Assembly: GCA_010093815.1 (NCBI GenBank)
Contig: ML996566.1
Strand: one strand, 5' to 3'
Length of the DNA: 64,000 nucleotides
From: Pseudovirgaria hyperparasitica
Lineage: Eukaryota
The translations under genes were made by a program, and so were the position numbers. The notes beneath the pieces were generated by a model, which was not told the origin of the DNA, searched no databases, and saw only the letters and a list, made by a program, of their open reading frames with translations. This document shows, piece after piece, positions 50,987 through 63,490 of the stretch (position 1 is its first letter; each line of letters starts with the position of its first letter).

Positions 50987-52767
50987 CGTTGCTTTTAACG
51001 AAAGTGTGGTACCAAGAGACGAGAATCAATCATCAAGCAAGGTTCTTTCGTTACTCGTCAGAATGGAAATTGTAGAGCGGCTTCTGCTAATGAGTCGGTG
51101 CCATACTGGTGATGCAAGCACCAAAAAGAGAGATGATAATGTAAGAAAGGCTGGGACTCATTCGTGCGATCTGGAGGAGAGTAACGGGTAGACGAGTAAA
51201 TATAAGATTAAACAGGGCGTAATTACGCATTACGATCGCTTCCAAGTCTGAAAGAGCAGATGGCGAACTACGGCCAGTGCTCCATTCGCCGGTACTAGCC
51301 TCTGAACGCAAGGGAAACACAGTGTAGAGGGAAGGCATCGAGTGATGCTCCTGTTCACATGTGGTATCCATCTCCACAACAACTCCATGTGGCTACGAGT
51401 TTCAACGAGCTCCCGCTCTAGGGTGCAATGAGTATCCGAGCTCCTTCTCATACTTAGTTCTTTGCTTAAATTGAGGCATTACAGTAATTATCAACTAGAG
51501 AATGTGATAGAGATGGTTCGTGGCGGTCCTGTCGGTCACATAAAGGAATATAGTCGGCTATTCACGACTTGAAATTGGTAAGTAAGTCTGCCCGTTCTTA
51601 ACGTTATTGCGGCACAATCTGTGCGGTCGGCCGTAAGAAGCGACTGTTCGTGTAGGCCTTCATCTAGAAAGGTAAGTGAAGATTTCATAGCCCTAATGGG
51701 CTAGAGTGTTGAACGATGTGGCTGGGTGAAGACAGGGATACTATCGAGCCGCAATGGCATGCTCGCGCTGGGTGTGTATCCCGAAGTTATCTCCGCCATC
51801 GCTTAACAGATGATGAGGTCAGCGAGAGTGAAACAGCAAATGGAGACCCAATGGCAAGGAGGACATGGACAGCTCTGTCTCTGTTGGAGACAATCCGGTC
51901 GTTTGTCCGGCCAAACCTCACGGCGGCTCTGCTTGCTCATGCCTGTCCCGGGAACTCGAAGGATGGATGTCCTTGTGCCTTCACTACGCAAGAGTGATCG
52001 GCAAATTTTCTAGAATGCATTTCCCTACCCTTGATGTAAAGGATCTTTGTTCATTGCTCCCTTCGATCGACAAGTTTCCGTGCTGTAGAATCTCCATAGA
52101 TCTTTTAGTGATATCAGTATTTAGTTGCAAATATTAAAGAATCATGGTAAGGTGACACAGCTTAGCGCCCCCGGCCAACGGGATACCTTGCTAACAATAA
52201 TTTCACCGAGCGGGCCATGCCGCTGTTCGAGATCTTCTGGGCCAGCTCTATGTTCACATTTGACGTGAGCACTATGAGCAGCGAAATGTCCGTCATGGCC
52301 AGATGAGGCACGGTTTGACTTCAGATGATTGATGGTAGCCTTCCTCACTAGTTTACTTGCATATAAGGTTGATCCTTGACTGACTCGTTGCTCGCATATT
52401 ACTAGTTAGGCTTGGTTTTTCGACTATGCTGATCGTCTGTGCATTACGACGAGTATCAATTTTTAGGTCTGTCAATAAATTGATCGACATGTCTATACAT
52501 GCTTCACCTTTTCCACTTGCTTTGCGTTTGCCTCAAGACACATCAGCGGGATGCAAGTGAGGATTGAAGATGAGACAATGTGAGTTGGACTCCATTAATT
52601 ACACAATAAGCATTCAGGGTCACCTGGAAACCCACCCCTCTGTCTGAGACCCGGTGCTCATGACAACGCCGCCATTATGCAACCTTTGGGCCTACATGGA
52701 ACCAAACGCAACGCCGGTGATATGTTGACACCAATGCTAAGAACCAAACGGCTTGAAAAATGACCCA

Positions 52768-55700
52768 CTATACAACGCTGTAACGACCGGAAGCTGGAGC
52801 GCGGAGGGCAGTTGTCGCCGCTGCAATCGTACCCTCTTTGAGCAGCCTGTCCAACTCTGCAACGGCACCTTTGACCTGCATCTCAGTATCTCCTTCGATG
52901 AGAATATACAGCTTTGGTGCTTCGCCCTCTTCTGGCTCCTTGCCTGCTGCATAGAAATTGCCCTTGGTAGTGATAGAGGTACCAGTGGCATCGAGAATCT
53001 TGGCAACATTGGTACGGTTTGTGACGGCCCAGCGGGCTTTCTGCGGGAAATCATTGATGTTGATCGTAGTATGATAGAGTCCAGCGTCAGGACCTCTGTT
53101 ATCGATAGGTTGACCAGGGAATATTGTACCACGTTTACTCAAACGATTGTTGACCTTATCCGCAGCGGCTCTAACTTTGTCTAGAGGATTGCCAGAGCCA
53201 CGCGGTGTCGACTCAGGCTTTTCTGTCTTGTGAATGATGACATTGTCCAAATCGATGAGACCGTGATGCTCGTGGAGAGGTGCGGCAGGGGGCTGAGCCT
53301 GAGCCTGAGCCTTCGCAGAAGCGACAATAGGCGTACCTTTGGTTTTGGCAGCGATCTCCTCGTCCAACTTCTTGTCCGCTTCATCATCTTGCTCATCTGG
53401 CTCGTCGCCGGTTTTGTATGCTTGACGCTCGCGCTGTTTAGTTGCATCTCGAAGCTCATCGTATTTGTCAATGCCTCGCCCGCCAAAGCCACGCCCATGT
53501 GTTTTTTCCTCGCCAGATTTGACCTTCTCCCTGAAAGAATCCGCAAGCTTTTTGACATCATCGGGGACCTCTTGACCGCTTTGTGTCAAAGCCTTTGATA
53601 TGTCGACAGCGTATCGATCTTGCTCGGGCGTAAGAAATGTGACAGCGGTACCGGTGTTGCCAGCCCTGCCAGTCCGGCCAACACGATGGACGTAGTCCTC
53701 TAGATGGTTAGGACAGTCAAAGTTGACCACAAGCTTTAGTTGTTTCACGTCGAGTCCCCGGGCAGCAACCGAGGTAGCGATCATTATTGGGAAAATACCC
53801 TTTTTGAAGTCATCAATGGTGGAGTCGCGGTCAATCTGATCTTTGCCACCGTGGATTGACATACATGGATAACCCTTACGCATTAGTTCTTTAAGTAAAG
53901 AATCGGCCGACTCCTGGCGCTCTACGAAAATGAGGGTTCGCACATCGTCATCATCCACATACAGCTCTCCTAGTAGCTCGAGCAGACGTCTGAACTTCGT
54001 AGCTTCTTCACGTACCTCTACGACTTGAGTGATTTCAGGTGCGACCACGCTCCTGCCTCCGACTTGGATTTCAATTGGTCGGTTCAGAACTTTGCGGGCT
54101 AAAGACTCCATTTGACGCGGAAATGTGGCTGAGAATAGGACTGTTTGTCGGTCTGGGCGAATATTGTTTAGAATCTTCATGATTTGTGGTTCAAAGCCCA
54201 TGTCGAACATGCGATCTGCCTCATCAAGAACAACGTACGTGACACGTGCCAGATTAGTGACTCGTCCTTGGTTGGCTGCCAATAGTTCAATGATGCGTCC
54301 AGTAGTACAAACGATGATCTCGGCGCCGCGCTTCAGATCCGCGATTTGGTCCTTGATGGGGGCGCCGCCGTAGGTACATACAGCACGCAGGTCGAGTGCT
54401 TTCAAAAAGGGCTTGCAGTCTCGATGGATCTGTGTGGCTAACTCACGAGTAGGCGCAATGATGAGGCCGACTGGACCATCCATACCTCCCAGCGGTCTCT
54501 GGTCTTTGATGTGTCGAAACATGGGAAGCATGAAAGCCACGGTTTTACCGGAGCCGGTCTTGGCAACACCAATCACGTCGCGCCCAGACATGATTGCAGG
54601 TATGGCCTGGGCTTGAATTGACGATGGCTTCTCGTATCCCAGCGACGATATGACGCCCAAAGTCTGCATACCGAGACCACATTGAGCCCATTTCTGAACC
54701 GGCGCTGGTACGTCGGTGCCCTTGACCTTGATCCCATCAAGCTCGAGGCGGATGTCTGCAATCTCTTCTGGGGTCAAGTCGGCTAACTCACCAGGTGGAA
54801 CATAGAAATTCTTTCGGAATGGCTCGTAACTCATCTTTTCATGATTGACGACCGCCATCTCCTTTTTCTTCGCACGCTTATGTGCCATGGCGAGGAGATC
54901 ATCTTCTTTGACACCGAAAGCTTCCTGATCTTCGCCTTCATCGCCGAAGAATGCTTCAGGTTCCTGTTTGCGTTTCTTAGCCAGGATCTTGGGCTTAGAA
55001 AGAGACTTCATTTCAGCCTGCTGCGCTTTAGTGCTCATTGTTTTCATGAAAGCATCAAGAGGATCTTCCTCCTCTTCTTCTACGACATCAATAACCGCAG
55101 CATCTGCCACGAGTGCCTCGGTCATAACAGCATCTGCGCTGGCGTTAGCAACATCCGTTTTGGAATCTTCCTCCTGTTGTTGTAGGCGCTCCTCTCTCCG
55201 CTCGGCAGCAAGGCGAGCAGCAGCAGCGACTTCTTCTTCGTTTCCTGCATCAAACGTGATGTCTTCGTCATCATCCACTTCAGGCTCTACATTAGCATGC
55301 TCCACGTCTTGGTCCGCTCCAAGCATAGCAGTTGCAGAAGTTGGCAATCTCTCAAGTTTCTTTTGAGTTGACTCTTCATCATCAAAATCAATCGCTCGTT
55401 TACTGTCAGCCTTGTCAATATCAGACTGCTTGTTGGTAATGCCAAACGCGTTCAACTTCCCGCTGGGCTTCATAATTTTGCCCTTGGTAGACGCCACTAC
55501 TGAAGTCAGAATGTTGGTTCTTAGCTCTGGTGGCAGACACTTACCAGGAAAGGCACGCTGCAGAGGTGGCGGTCTGGTTTTGTGGGCCTCCGGGATGGAC
55601 ACATCGTCGCCGAGAGCGGTTGAACCAGTTGTAGGCCCTGACGACTTCTTTACGATGGCCTTGGGATCGAACCTTTTCAGGGGTACGGGAGATGCTTTCT

Positions 55701-56494
55701 GAGAGAGCTCTGGATCATCAGGTAAGCTCGGAGCTGGTGTAGCTTCAGCACTTGCGGTCGCAGCGGCCTTCCGGTCCATCTCTTCAAGCAATCCGCGCGT
55801 TCCACCAGGAATCACTTGCTCCTTTTGCTTACGCTCCTGCTCAGCCCGTTGCTTGGCCTTCCACTGCTCGACCTTTGCAAGACGTTCCGCCTGCCTTTTC
55901 GCGTCATCAGCTTGCTTGACGGTGGGATTTGACTGTTTAGAGAATCAGTCACGGGTTCATCACAATGGTTTGTTCAGGATACAGTGCTCTCACCTCGCTT
56001 GCTCTTGAACCTGGAGTCTCATCGCGGGCTCGATCTCTGTCTCTATTACGAGACATGTCCCGATTGCGGTGACCCTTGCGATTGTCAGTAGAATCGTCGC
56101 GTCTTCGACGGTTCCTCTCCCTGGAATCATCTCGCCTGTATTCCCTATCTCTGCTATGTTCACGATAATCTCGGTCTCGGTGGCGATCTCTTCGATCGCG
56201 GACAGGAGAGCGTGCATGCCGGTCAGGACGATGACTATTGCTGTTCAGTCGGTCATTTTGACGATCTGGAGATCGATCCCTTCGTCCGTTACGAACATCG
56301 CGTCGTCGCTGTAGTGCCTGAAAATCAGTCTGGGAATGCTTGTACCGAGGACTATAATGACGAACCTCTGGAGTTCGCGATCGACCACGATAGGAACCAC
56401 GATCATCTCTGGGGCCACCATTATAGCGGCCATGTCTATCGCCCCAGGATTTTCCTGCTGGTGATCGTGAGCGAGTGTCCCTTGGGCGGGCCAT
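52768..56494 (-). CDS. PRP5: Pre-mRNA-processing DEAD-box helicase Prp5/DDX46 (introns ~56309-56365 and 55933-55993)
   Basis: RD/RS-rich N-terminus, DPLDAFM motif, [36 protein letters not shown]-terminal [10 protein letters not shown]. Confidence 0.96.
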
Positions 56495-56835
56495 TTGCGC
56501 CGGCTTAGTGACTAAGTGAGCTTTACTGGGAGAAGTGTCGCCGTTGTTTCTGTCAAGATACGGGTAGCCACGGTCAGTAAGGGAAAGCCGACATCAGACA
56601 CTAGTGTATAGATGATGACTGGGTCAGCACAGCTGTTTTGCGTGCGGAGTGTATGTGATAGTGAACCGTAAAGTAATGGTAGAAGTTGGCCTGACGTTGA
56701 TGCTCAAGTCTGCGTGGGGCGCTAGAAGGGTTATGTAAGTGGAGCTCTTCTCTCCGGGGCCGATAGTCATCTTCCTGAGGGCAACTTCACAAGCTCAACC
56801 CAGTTCAACGACGCGCCTAGACCCGGATCTCGATC

Positions 56836-57598
56836 ATGGACTACCAGGTATGTCTCGGATTGCACGAGAGCATTTGATAGGGGAAGAACTTGTTGACAAT
56901 AGAATCAGAATCGCGCCGGCTCAAAGTTTGGAGGAGGTGGTGTTGCCTCGCGTTCAGCTACCAATGCTGATCGACGTGAACGACTTCGCAAGCTTGCTCT
57001 CGAGACTATTGATCTTGATAAAGACCCTTACTTCTTCAAAAACCATGTTGGAAGCTATGAATGTCGTCTGTGTCTCACGGTTCATCAAAACGATGGATCC
57101 TATCTTGCCCACACCCAAGGTCGCAAGCATCAGACCAACTTGGCCCGTCGTGCTGCTAGGGAAGAGAAGGAGGGCAAGAACCGCCAAAACGCCATGCTAG
57201 CTATTCCTGGAATCCAGGTGCGACGCAATCTGATCAAGATTGGGCGTCCTGGCTACAAAATCACGAAGATTCGAGACCCCTTGACCAAACAAATCGGACT
57301 GTTCTTTCAACTCCACTACCCCGAGATTACCCCCGACATCGTTCCTCGCGTGCGTTTCATGAGTGCTTTTGAGCAGAAAGTTGAGAACCCAGACAAGAAT
57401 TATCAGTACCTTCTTGTCGCCGCTGAGCCCTATGAGACTTGCGGATTCAAGCTTCAGAGCCGGGAGGTGGACAGGCGAGATGGAAGGTACTGGACATGGT
57501 TCGATAAAGACAGCAAGGAATTCTGGATCCAAGTTCTGTTCAAGTCGGAGCGCGAGGACCGCTACAGTGGAGTACCAGGTCTAGCTCCTAGAAGATGA
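56836..57598 (+). CDS. SAP62: Splicing factor SF3a subunit 2 (SAP62/Prp11); intron 56848-56908 (alternative AG at 56902)
   Basis: MDYQ|NRAGSKFGGGG, RRERLRKLALETIDL.KDPY, U1-type Zn finger ECRLCLTVH.NDGSYLAHTQGRKHQTNL, IGRPGYKITK and AAEPYET motifs. Confidence 0.95.
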
Positions 57599-59700
57599 GA
57601 GTGTGGGCGACGGACAGAAGAGAGATTGGTGTCCAAGAATCCATCAGCCCCTTGAAAGCTGGGTGTTTGGCACAAGACATACGAGATAACCTCAAAACAG
57701 GTGCCTGAAACTATTTGGGATGGAAGTGGTCACAATATATGGCTCAATTGCTTTCAAAACCAGGGCGTTAGATATCCGGACATGGAAGGAAATGCCTAAA
57801 GCAGGAGATAGGGTGCAAGGAGCCGGTAGATGCTGCACTATACTGTAATGGTCTTCAAAGATGGCTGACATATGAAAGCACGTATCTTACCCAGTGAAAA
57901 CAAAGTCAACCACATCTTGCAAAGTGTGACGTGTGGCACTTGGCTCGGTAGCACATCCGCAAGTCTTCTGCATCTAAGCCCCGTGGCTTTGATCAAATAT
58001 CGTCGTGTATTACACAGGTCATTGCCTTATCAAAACTCAGTCGTGTGGTTCTGGTGGGACGCAGTAGGATTTTTCCAGACCTCTCAGTTTTCAACGGAAC
58101 GTGATTCGTGGAGCTGGAATCGCTACCAGATTAAGACATCGTATTCGACTTCTGCGAGTGTTGTGGGGTACCGAGATGTTTGAAGGAGCCAAAGCTCGTT
58201 CATAGCATTTACCCATCATGACGTCTACGTTTTCAACCTCCCCAGACCCTTCCCTCCCGAGGTCACCAATATCACAAACGACAGATTCGTTCAATTCCAA
58301 GACTGGGCTCAGTCGAATTCAAGTCACTCAACACAGGTGTATTTACTGGAGAGCCGCATCCTCCAATACCGGAATGTTCCTTCACCACTAGCATCAAATT
58401 TGGGAAGTCTCACCACCACTATTATTGTGTTTCGTGTACTCAACCAGCCGTATAACACACGACTCATTAACCCTACCAAAACACCTATCTGTGCTGAGAA
58501 GTACGCTATTCTTCCTGCAAGGTTCCACACTTCATGAGCCAGATCTTACAATATGATGCGATCGCGTATCACGCGAGCCGGTTTACCCGCTTCTGGCCTA
58601 CCTCCACAAATGCCACCGACCGTCTTTTGAATGCCATTCTCTTGTGGCTTGTCGAGACAACGACTAAGAGTGGTAAACATATTCTTGGCAGACTGTCCAA
58701 TCTAGGTTGTATGAGTATGCTTGCTCGATATGTCCAGACGAAAATACTGTATCGATGCCACCTTCCGTTCTTATGAACGACTTAGTATGGCATCTTGTAT
58801 ATTCGTGCATGTCTATGGGGTATCAAGAAGAGCTTTGCACGCCTAGTCATGAGCATATTCTTTAGAAGATCTTCAGGGTCTCTCAACAATCCTCTTCTGG
58901 CTTCACGTCCGCTCGTGCAGAATCTTGTGCGGTCTACTGAGTCGACATGACTGTGATATCCATCTCGAAACATTGGACCCACTCTACTAAGTGCATAAGA
59001 CGACTCGAAACTGGTTTTCTACGGAGTGACTGCTGCAATAGCAAGATTTTGAACTATCAATAGCGCGAACATCCATCTGACTGACTCTTGGCATGGATCC
59101 TAATGGCTTGAGGAGACAAGGTGAAGGAGTCATATGATGCTACACAGATGGGTGTTTGGCTGTTTTACGAGAGTCAGTGGGTTTTATTGTCAGTCAAGTT
59201 CTAGCCATGGCGGCAGGGTCTATACACGCCTTGAAGAGTCCAGGTCTGGCAGTGTTGCGTTTCCGTCGATAGCACAAAGTCATGAACTCATAAGATATGA
59301 ACTAAGCTGTGTGGCGCACCAGGGAGTTCCAGGATATTACGCACTGCTCCTTGACTTTAGTAGCTGAATGTCTGTCTCTACAGGGGCTTCCTTTAGAGTA
59401 TTTTATGGATGCGCAAGCCACACTACTTGGACGCACATGGCGTAGACTTACCAGTACTAAAACTTCGGCCCATTCCCCGCGAGCCTCACAGCTGGCTACT
59501 CGTTAGGGACAATATGGCTTGGATACTGCAGACGGAACAATGGGGGACCCTGCAAGAGAACCAGATGACAAGATCTATACTGAGACATCTTCCCCCCCCT
59601 CTTCACACGGGCGATGACGGGGGACTGCAGCATTCTCAAGCATTCCTGGAGCACCAAATGCTATCCGGTACTTCCGATCTAACGGTCGCGCATACGGATC

Positions 59701-59760
59701 TACTACACTATATTGTCTCGTACTACACTATATTGTCTCGTACTACACTATATTGTCTCG
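59701..59760. repeat. Perfect tandem repeat, 3 x 20 bp (TACTACACTATATTGTCTCG)
   Basis: Three identical consecutive copies read directly. Confidence 0.95.
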
Positions 59761-62700
59761 AAGACTGGTATACGCCGTCAATCGCGTGAAGGTGCATGGA
59801 CTTAGAAGCGGGCCAAGGCATGGTCCTTGGACAGTGTTGAGGTTCCAACCGGGCTGTAGAATGTGGCTTAGTCATTACGACGTACAAACCTGAAATTTAG
59901 ACATGGATGATGCCACCTTGGGTGCCATCTATGCCCCATATTGCAATTTGACGCGTGAACCCCGGTCGCGCGTCCAGAACTAATATGAACAGTATCGCCA
60001 TCAGTGCATCTGAGGCCAGAGCCTGGATGCTCGAGTCGCTATCCAGCTGCTTGTCGATCCCTGCGTACAGTGTAGAAGACCGATTTTGGAGCTAGACCCA
60101 CGCAAGGAGCTCCCAAAGATGATGAACGGTAAGGTGGAACATGGCATGGTACAGAACGAGATACGAGACCGGACGAAGCACCACAACGGCGCCAACAGCG
60201 CTAGCAACGACACAGGAGCCTAAATGGTGCAACAAACTAAACATGCGGACGCGGATGAATGGGATATAGCGAGCAAAAAGGAGAGAAATGAGCGTAGATT
60301 GCGGATACAAAAGGAGGGGGATCTACCATGAACAGATACAACTTGGAAACCGGGGACGGAGAAAGAGAAGGAAGAGTCATCGAGTCAGACGACAGGACTT
60401 CTAACAGGCAGTCGTCTGCAGCTGGCAAAGCAGCGAATGATGCGAGCGATGCAGATGCCGTTTGCGGCAGAAGAGCAGCATCAGCAGCACTAGCCTTTGA
60501 CGCCTAGTAGATCTGAACCCATGCATGATGCCGCCGTAGTGTTGTAGCCAGGCCAGGTCTCGTCTGTGAGTGGATGGGAGAAGGACGGCCCTTGTCCTCG
60601 TCCAAAGTCATCGAGTGATCATGGGACATGGACATAAGCAGTGTAAAAGCGAATAATCATTATTATGGGATGTTTGCGAGCTGCTAGGGCGCTGAAAGGC
60701 CATATACGACTAACTACTGGTCCGCGGACGACTCGCTTCATCCCGCAGGGTTTACTGAATCGACCAGAGACCGCGATCTGCTCCAGTCAACGATTAGTGG
60801 GTGGTGGTGGTGGTGTCCCAGTGGGGTGGCTTGATGAAGGTGAGAGTCGGGGCCGGGGATTATCTACTGTCAACCTCAGACGGCTGCTGACAAGGACACT
60901 GCTACTGCTTCTGGACAGTGTTTTGCTTTGCCCACTGCATCGAGCACTGCCTGGGTACCCTGGAAGTAAAGGCAGCCGAGTGCAGTTGAATACATTGTTG
61001 GGATCCCTGAATGTCTCTCCATTCAACCATGATCAGGCTTCACGACATTGCGTATTAGACGATCATCCATGCTGGCGGCAGCGGCTCGGCGCATCGTTAT
61101 GTGGGGCTGCACTCATAGTGCTCCATGGCTTTTCTGAATCTACCTTTGTCATGCAGCTCTCCAGATGACCTGCAGGCTGCAGTAAGCTCTTCACTAGCCT
61201 GTAGGCCTGCTCTGGAAGTGAACTAATTCTCCTCACCATCCTACTCCGCAGCCAATCTGAGACTATCATTATTGATGGTCATCGCTATCGCTTCCACTGT
61301 TGCACGCCTGATACGTAGAGGCAACTATTCGTTCGCTAAAAGGACCTGTCAGGATCGCCCTTTGGCATCTGTCCTGTACTACCTTGTTTCTTGTCGTATC
61401 CAGCTGGCTAAACCATCCTGATTCTAGGGTCATACTCGAGGAACGAGTCATGGTGCGGGGGAAGTATCGTAATCACTTACAGTTTGCGTATCTATCCTGT
61501 CTGCCACCTTCCGATCGCAAGATTTGTTAATCCGCTGGTGGGTACGTCTTTGATGTTAACATCATGCTCGGCGTCAAATACAGGCCACTCCATCTGGGCA
61601 ATGTTCTTCGTGGTGCAGGCGGCGCAGGTGCAGGTGCAGGTATAGATGCAATCGATACACATATAAGGCGCTAAAACGATGGCGATCTGAGCGGGAGTCC
61701 TGCCGTCCGCCAGGGTGGCCTGCTCGCGCTCGCTATCCATGCCCTGGTACTGTAATAATGAACGCTCGTTATGATATTCACCCGGACAAGTGCACTTTTG
61801 GCCAAGAAATACCTGTTCAGGCTTCATTATACACTCAACATTCTTCTTCACGGGCCCGCTCTCGGGGCTTGTTTATGTTAATCACTCTCGAAAGCAGGGT
61901 GACGAAGACTGCAAGCCGATACTTACTTTTCCCACTGCTTCTCTTGTCTGTTCTCCATATCCCGGATAGAGATAATACCGAGCGCCACTTGATGTACCGT
62001 GTTTGTCTATTCGTGAGTTCGCTGCATGCTTTTTAAACAAAGTAATTTCCTGTATCGTATGCCATGTCTAGTATATCGACTTCTCACATGAGGGTCTTAA
62101 GGCATTTGCTCGTCTATCGTCTTTATCCTAACATTTAGACCCTCGATTCCAATGTGACACACCCTCCACAGTCTCGAGCTTTACGGCCGCTGCTGCCGTT
62201 GCCGTAACCCGCAGCCAAAGCAGGCAGTAGTAATAATAGCTGCCGTGAGTGAACGGAGGTTGTAGTAGATGTCTGTGGTGCCGTTAACGGCCTATCATTG
62301 CACAGGGCCTACTCCACCAGTTCGCCCGTGCTGGGTTGCTTTACATCTATCCTCACCCACACCCCTTACGCAGCCCTCCTAATATCGCAGCATCACGAAC
62401 TCTTTGGCACTTTGTTTTTGTCGTGCGTCTAGGGGGGTGCGACTGGTCCCATTTGTGCATCAGCTGCAGCCCTATAACACACTATTCTCCCTGTCAAACC
62501 TGCGGGTATCTCCCGCTGTTGGGGCCGCCTAATTACATGCCCCCAGTCCCGTCTCTTGTGGCGCGCTCGCTCAACGCAAGCCGGACCGCTCGTGCTTCCT
62601 CCAGTATACTTCCAGGTTTCACCACCAACGGCTCTCTTGAAGACCCTTCGCCGTCTAGGGTTGATTTGTGGAACATACTGCTCACTCTGAGACGTCTCAC

Positions 62701-63043
62701 TAGTCTACTCTAAGGTGCGCAAGCTTTCCCAGCTCTCACATATTGCTTGTCATTTATTATACTCTCGGTATCGCGACAGTGGTGACTTCTGCCACCGCGC
62801 GGCCAGGCAGCTGTCCGCCGACGGGTACATCCATTCTTTCTGCATTGCTAGTTTTGGGATCTGCTTGGCTCCGCACCAAACTAGGATGTCTAGGCGATGT
62901 CTGAGGCGATCACCCTCTGTGGCTCGTTATCATACATGGGATATACCAGGATAATGAATACTGATGAGCGGAGTAGGCTGTGTGAACGCGTCGTCGTTTT
63001 TCTGGGCTGTCACTATCCGTCGAAGAAAGAGGCAGACTGATAA

Positions 63044-63081
63044 TCACCACCATCATCATCAACGTCATCGTCATCGTCATC
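63044..63081. repeat. Imperfect trinucleotide repeat (CAC/CAT/CGT)
   Basis: tcaccaccatcatcatcaacgtcatcgtcatcgtcatc. Confidence 0.6.
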
Positions 63082-63344
63082 AGACACAAATTCTCTCCAT
63101 CGCTAAGACCGTTAGATTGTTGATGTCTAATTAGCAGACGAACTAATAAAGCAGCGTAGTCTAGTATTAGTTGAGTTTGCTTGTTAATAGTCGTTGAGGG
63201 GGTAGTAATAGAGGCGAGAGAGCGTGTGCAAGTTGGGTGGCTTCGGTCGCGGCTAGGCTGGTTAGGCGGCTTGTCTAGTGGGTTGCCTACGCCTACTTAC
63301 CTTTTTGCCAGTGCCACTCCGCAAAGCAACCTTGTGAACGGCCC

Positions 63345-63490
63345 TGCCTGCCTTGCCTTGCCTTGCACTCACACACACACACACTCACTCACTCACACAC
63401 ACACACTCACTGACCACTTACTCACACTACTCACGCTACCCATACTACCCACACACTTGTTCACTTACTCACTTGCTCACTTGCTCATCA
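63345..63490. repeat. Compound microsatellite (GCCTT)n, (CA)n, (CACT)n, CACTTGCT
   Basis: Read directly. It lies in a C/T-rich region that is probably the promoter or 5' leader of a gene beyond the window. Confidence 0.85.

Noticed and set aside
59701..59760. CRISPR-like array
   Set aside because: The repeats are directly adjacent with no spacers, and the DNA is fungal.
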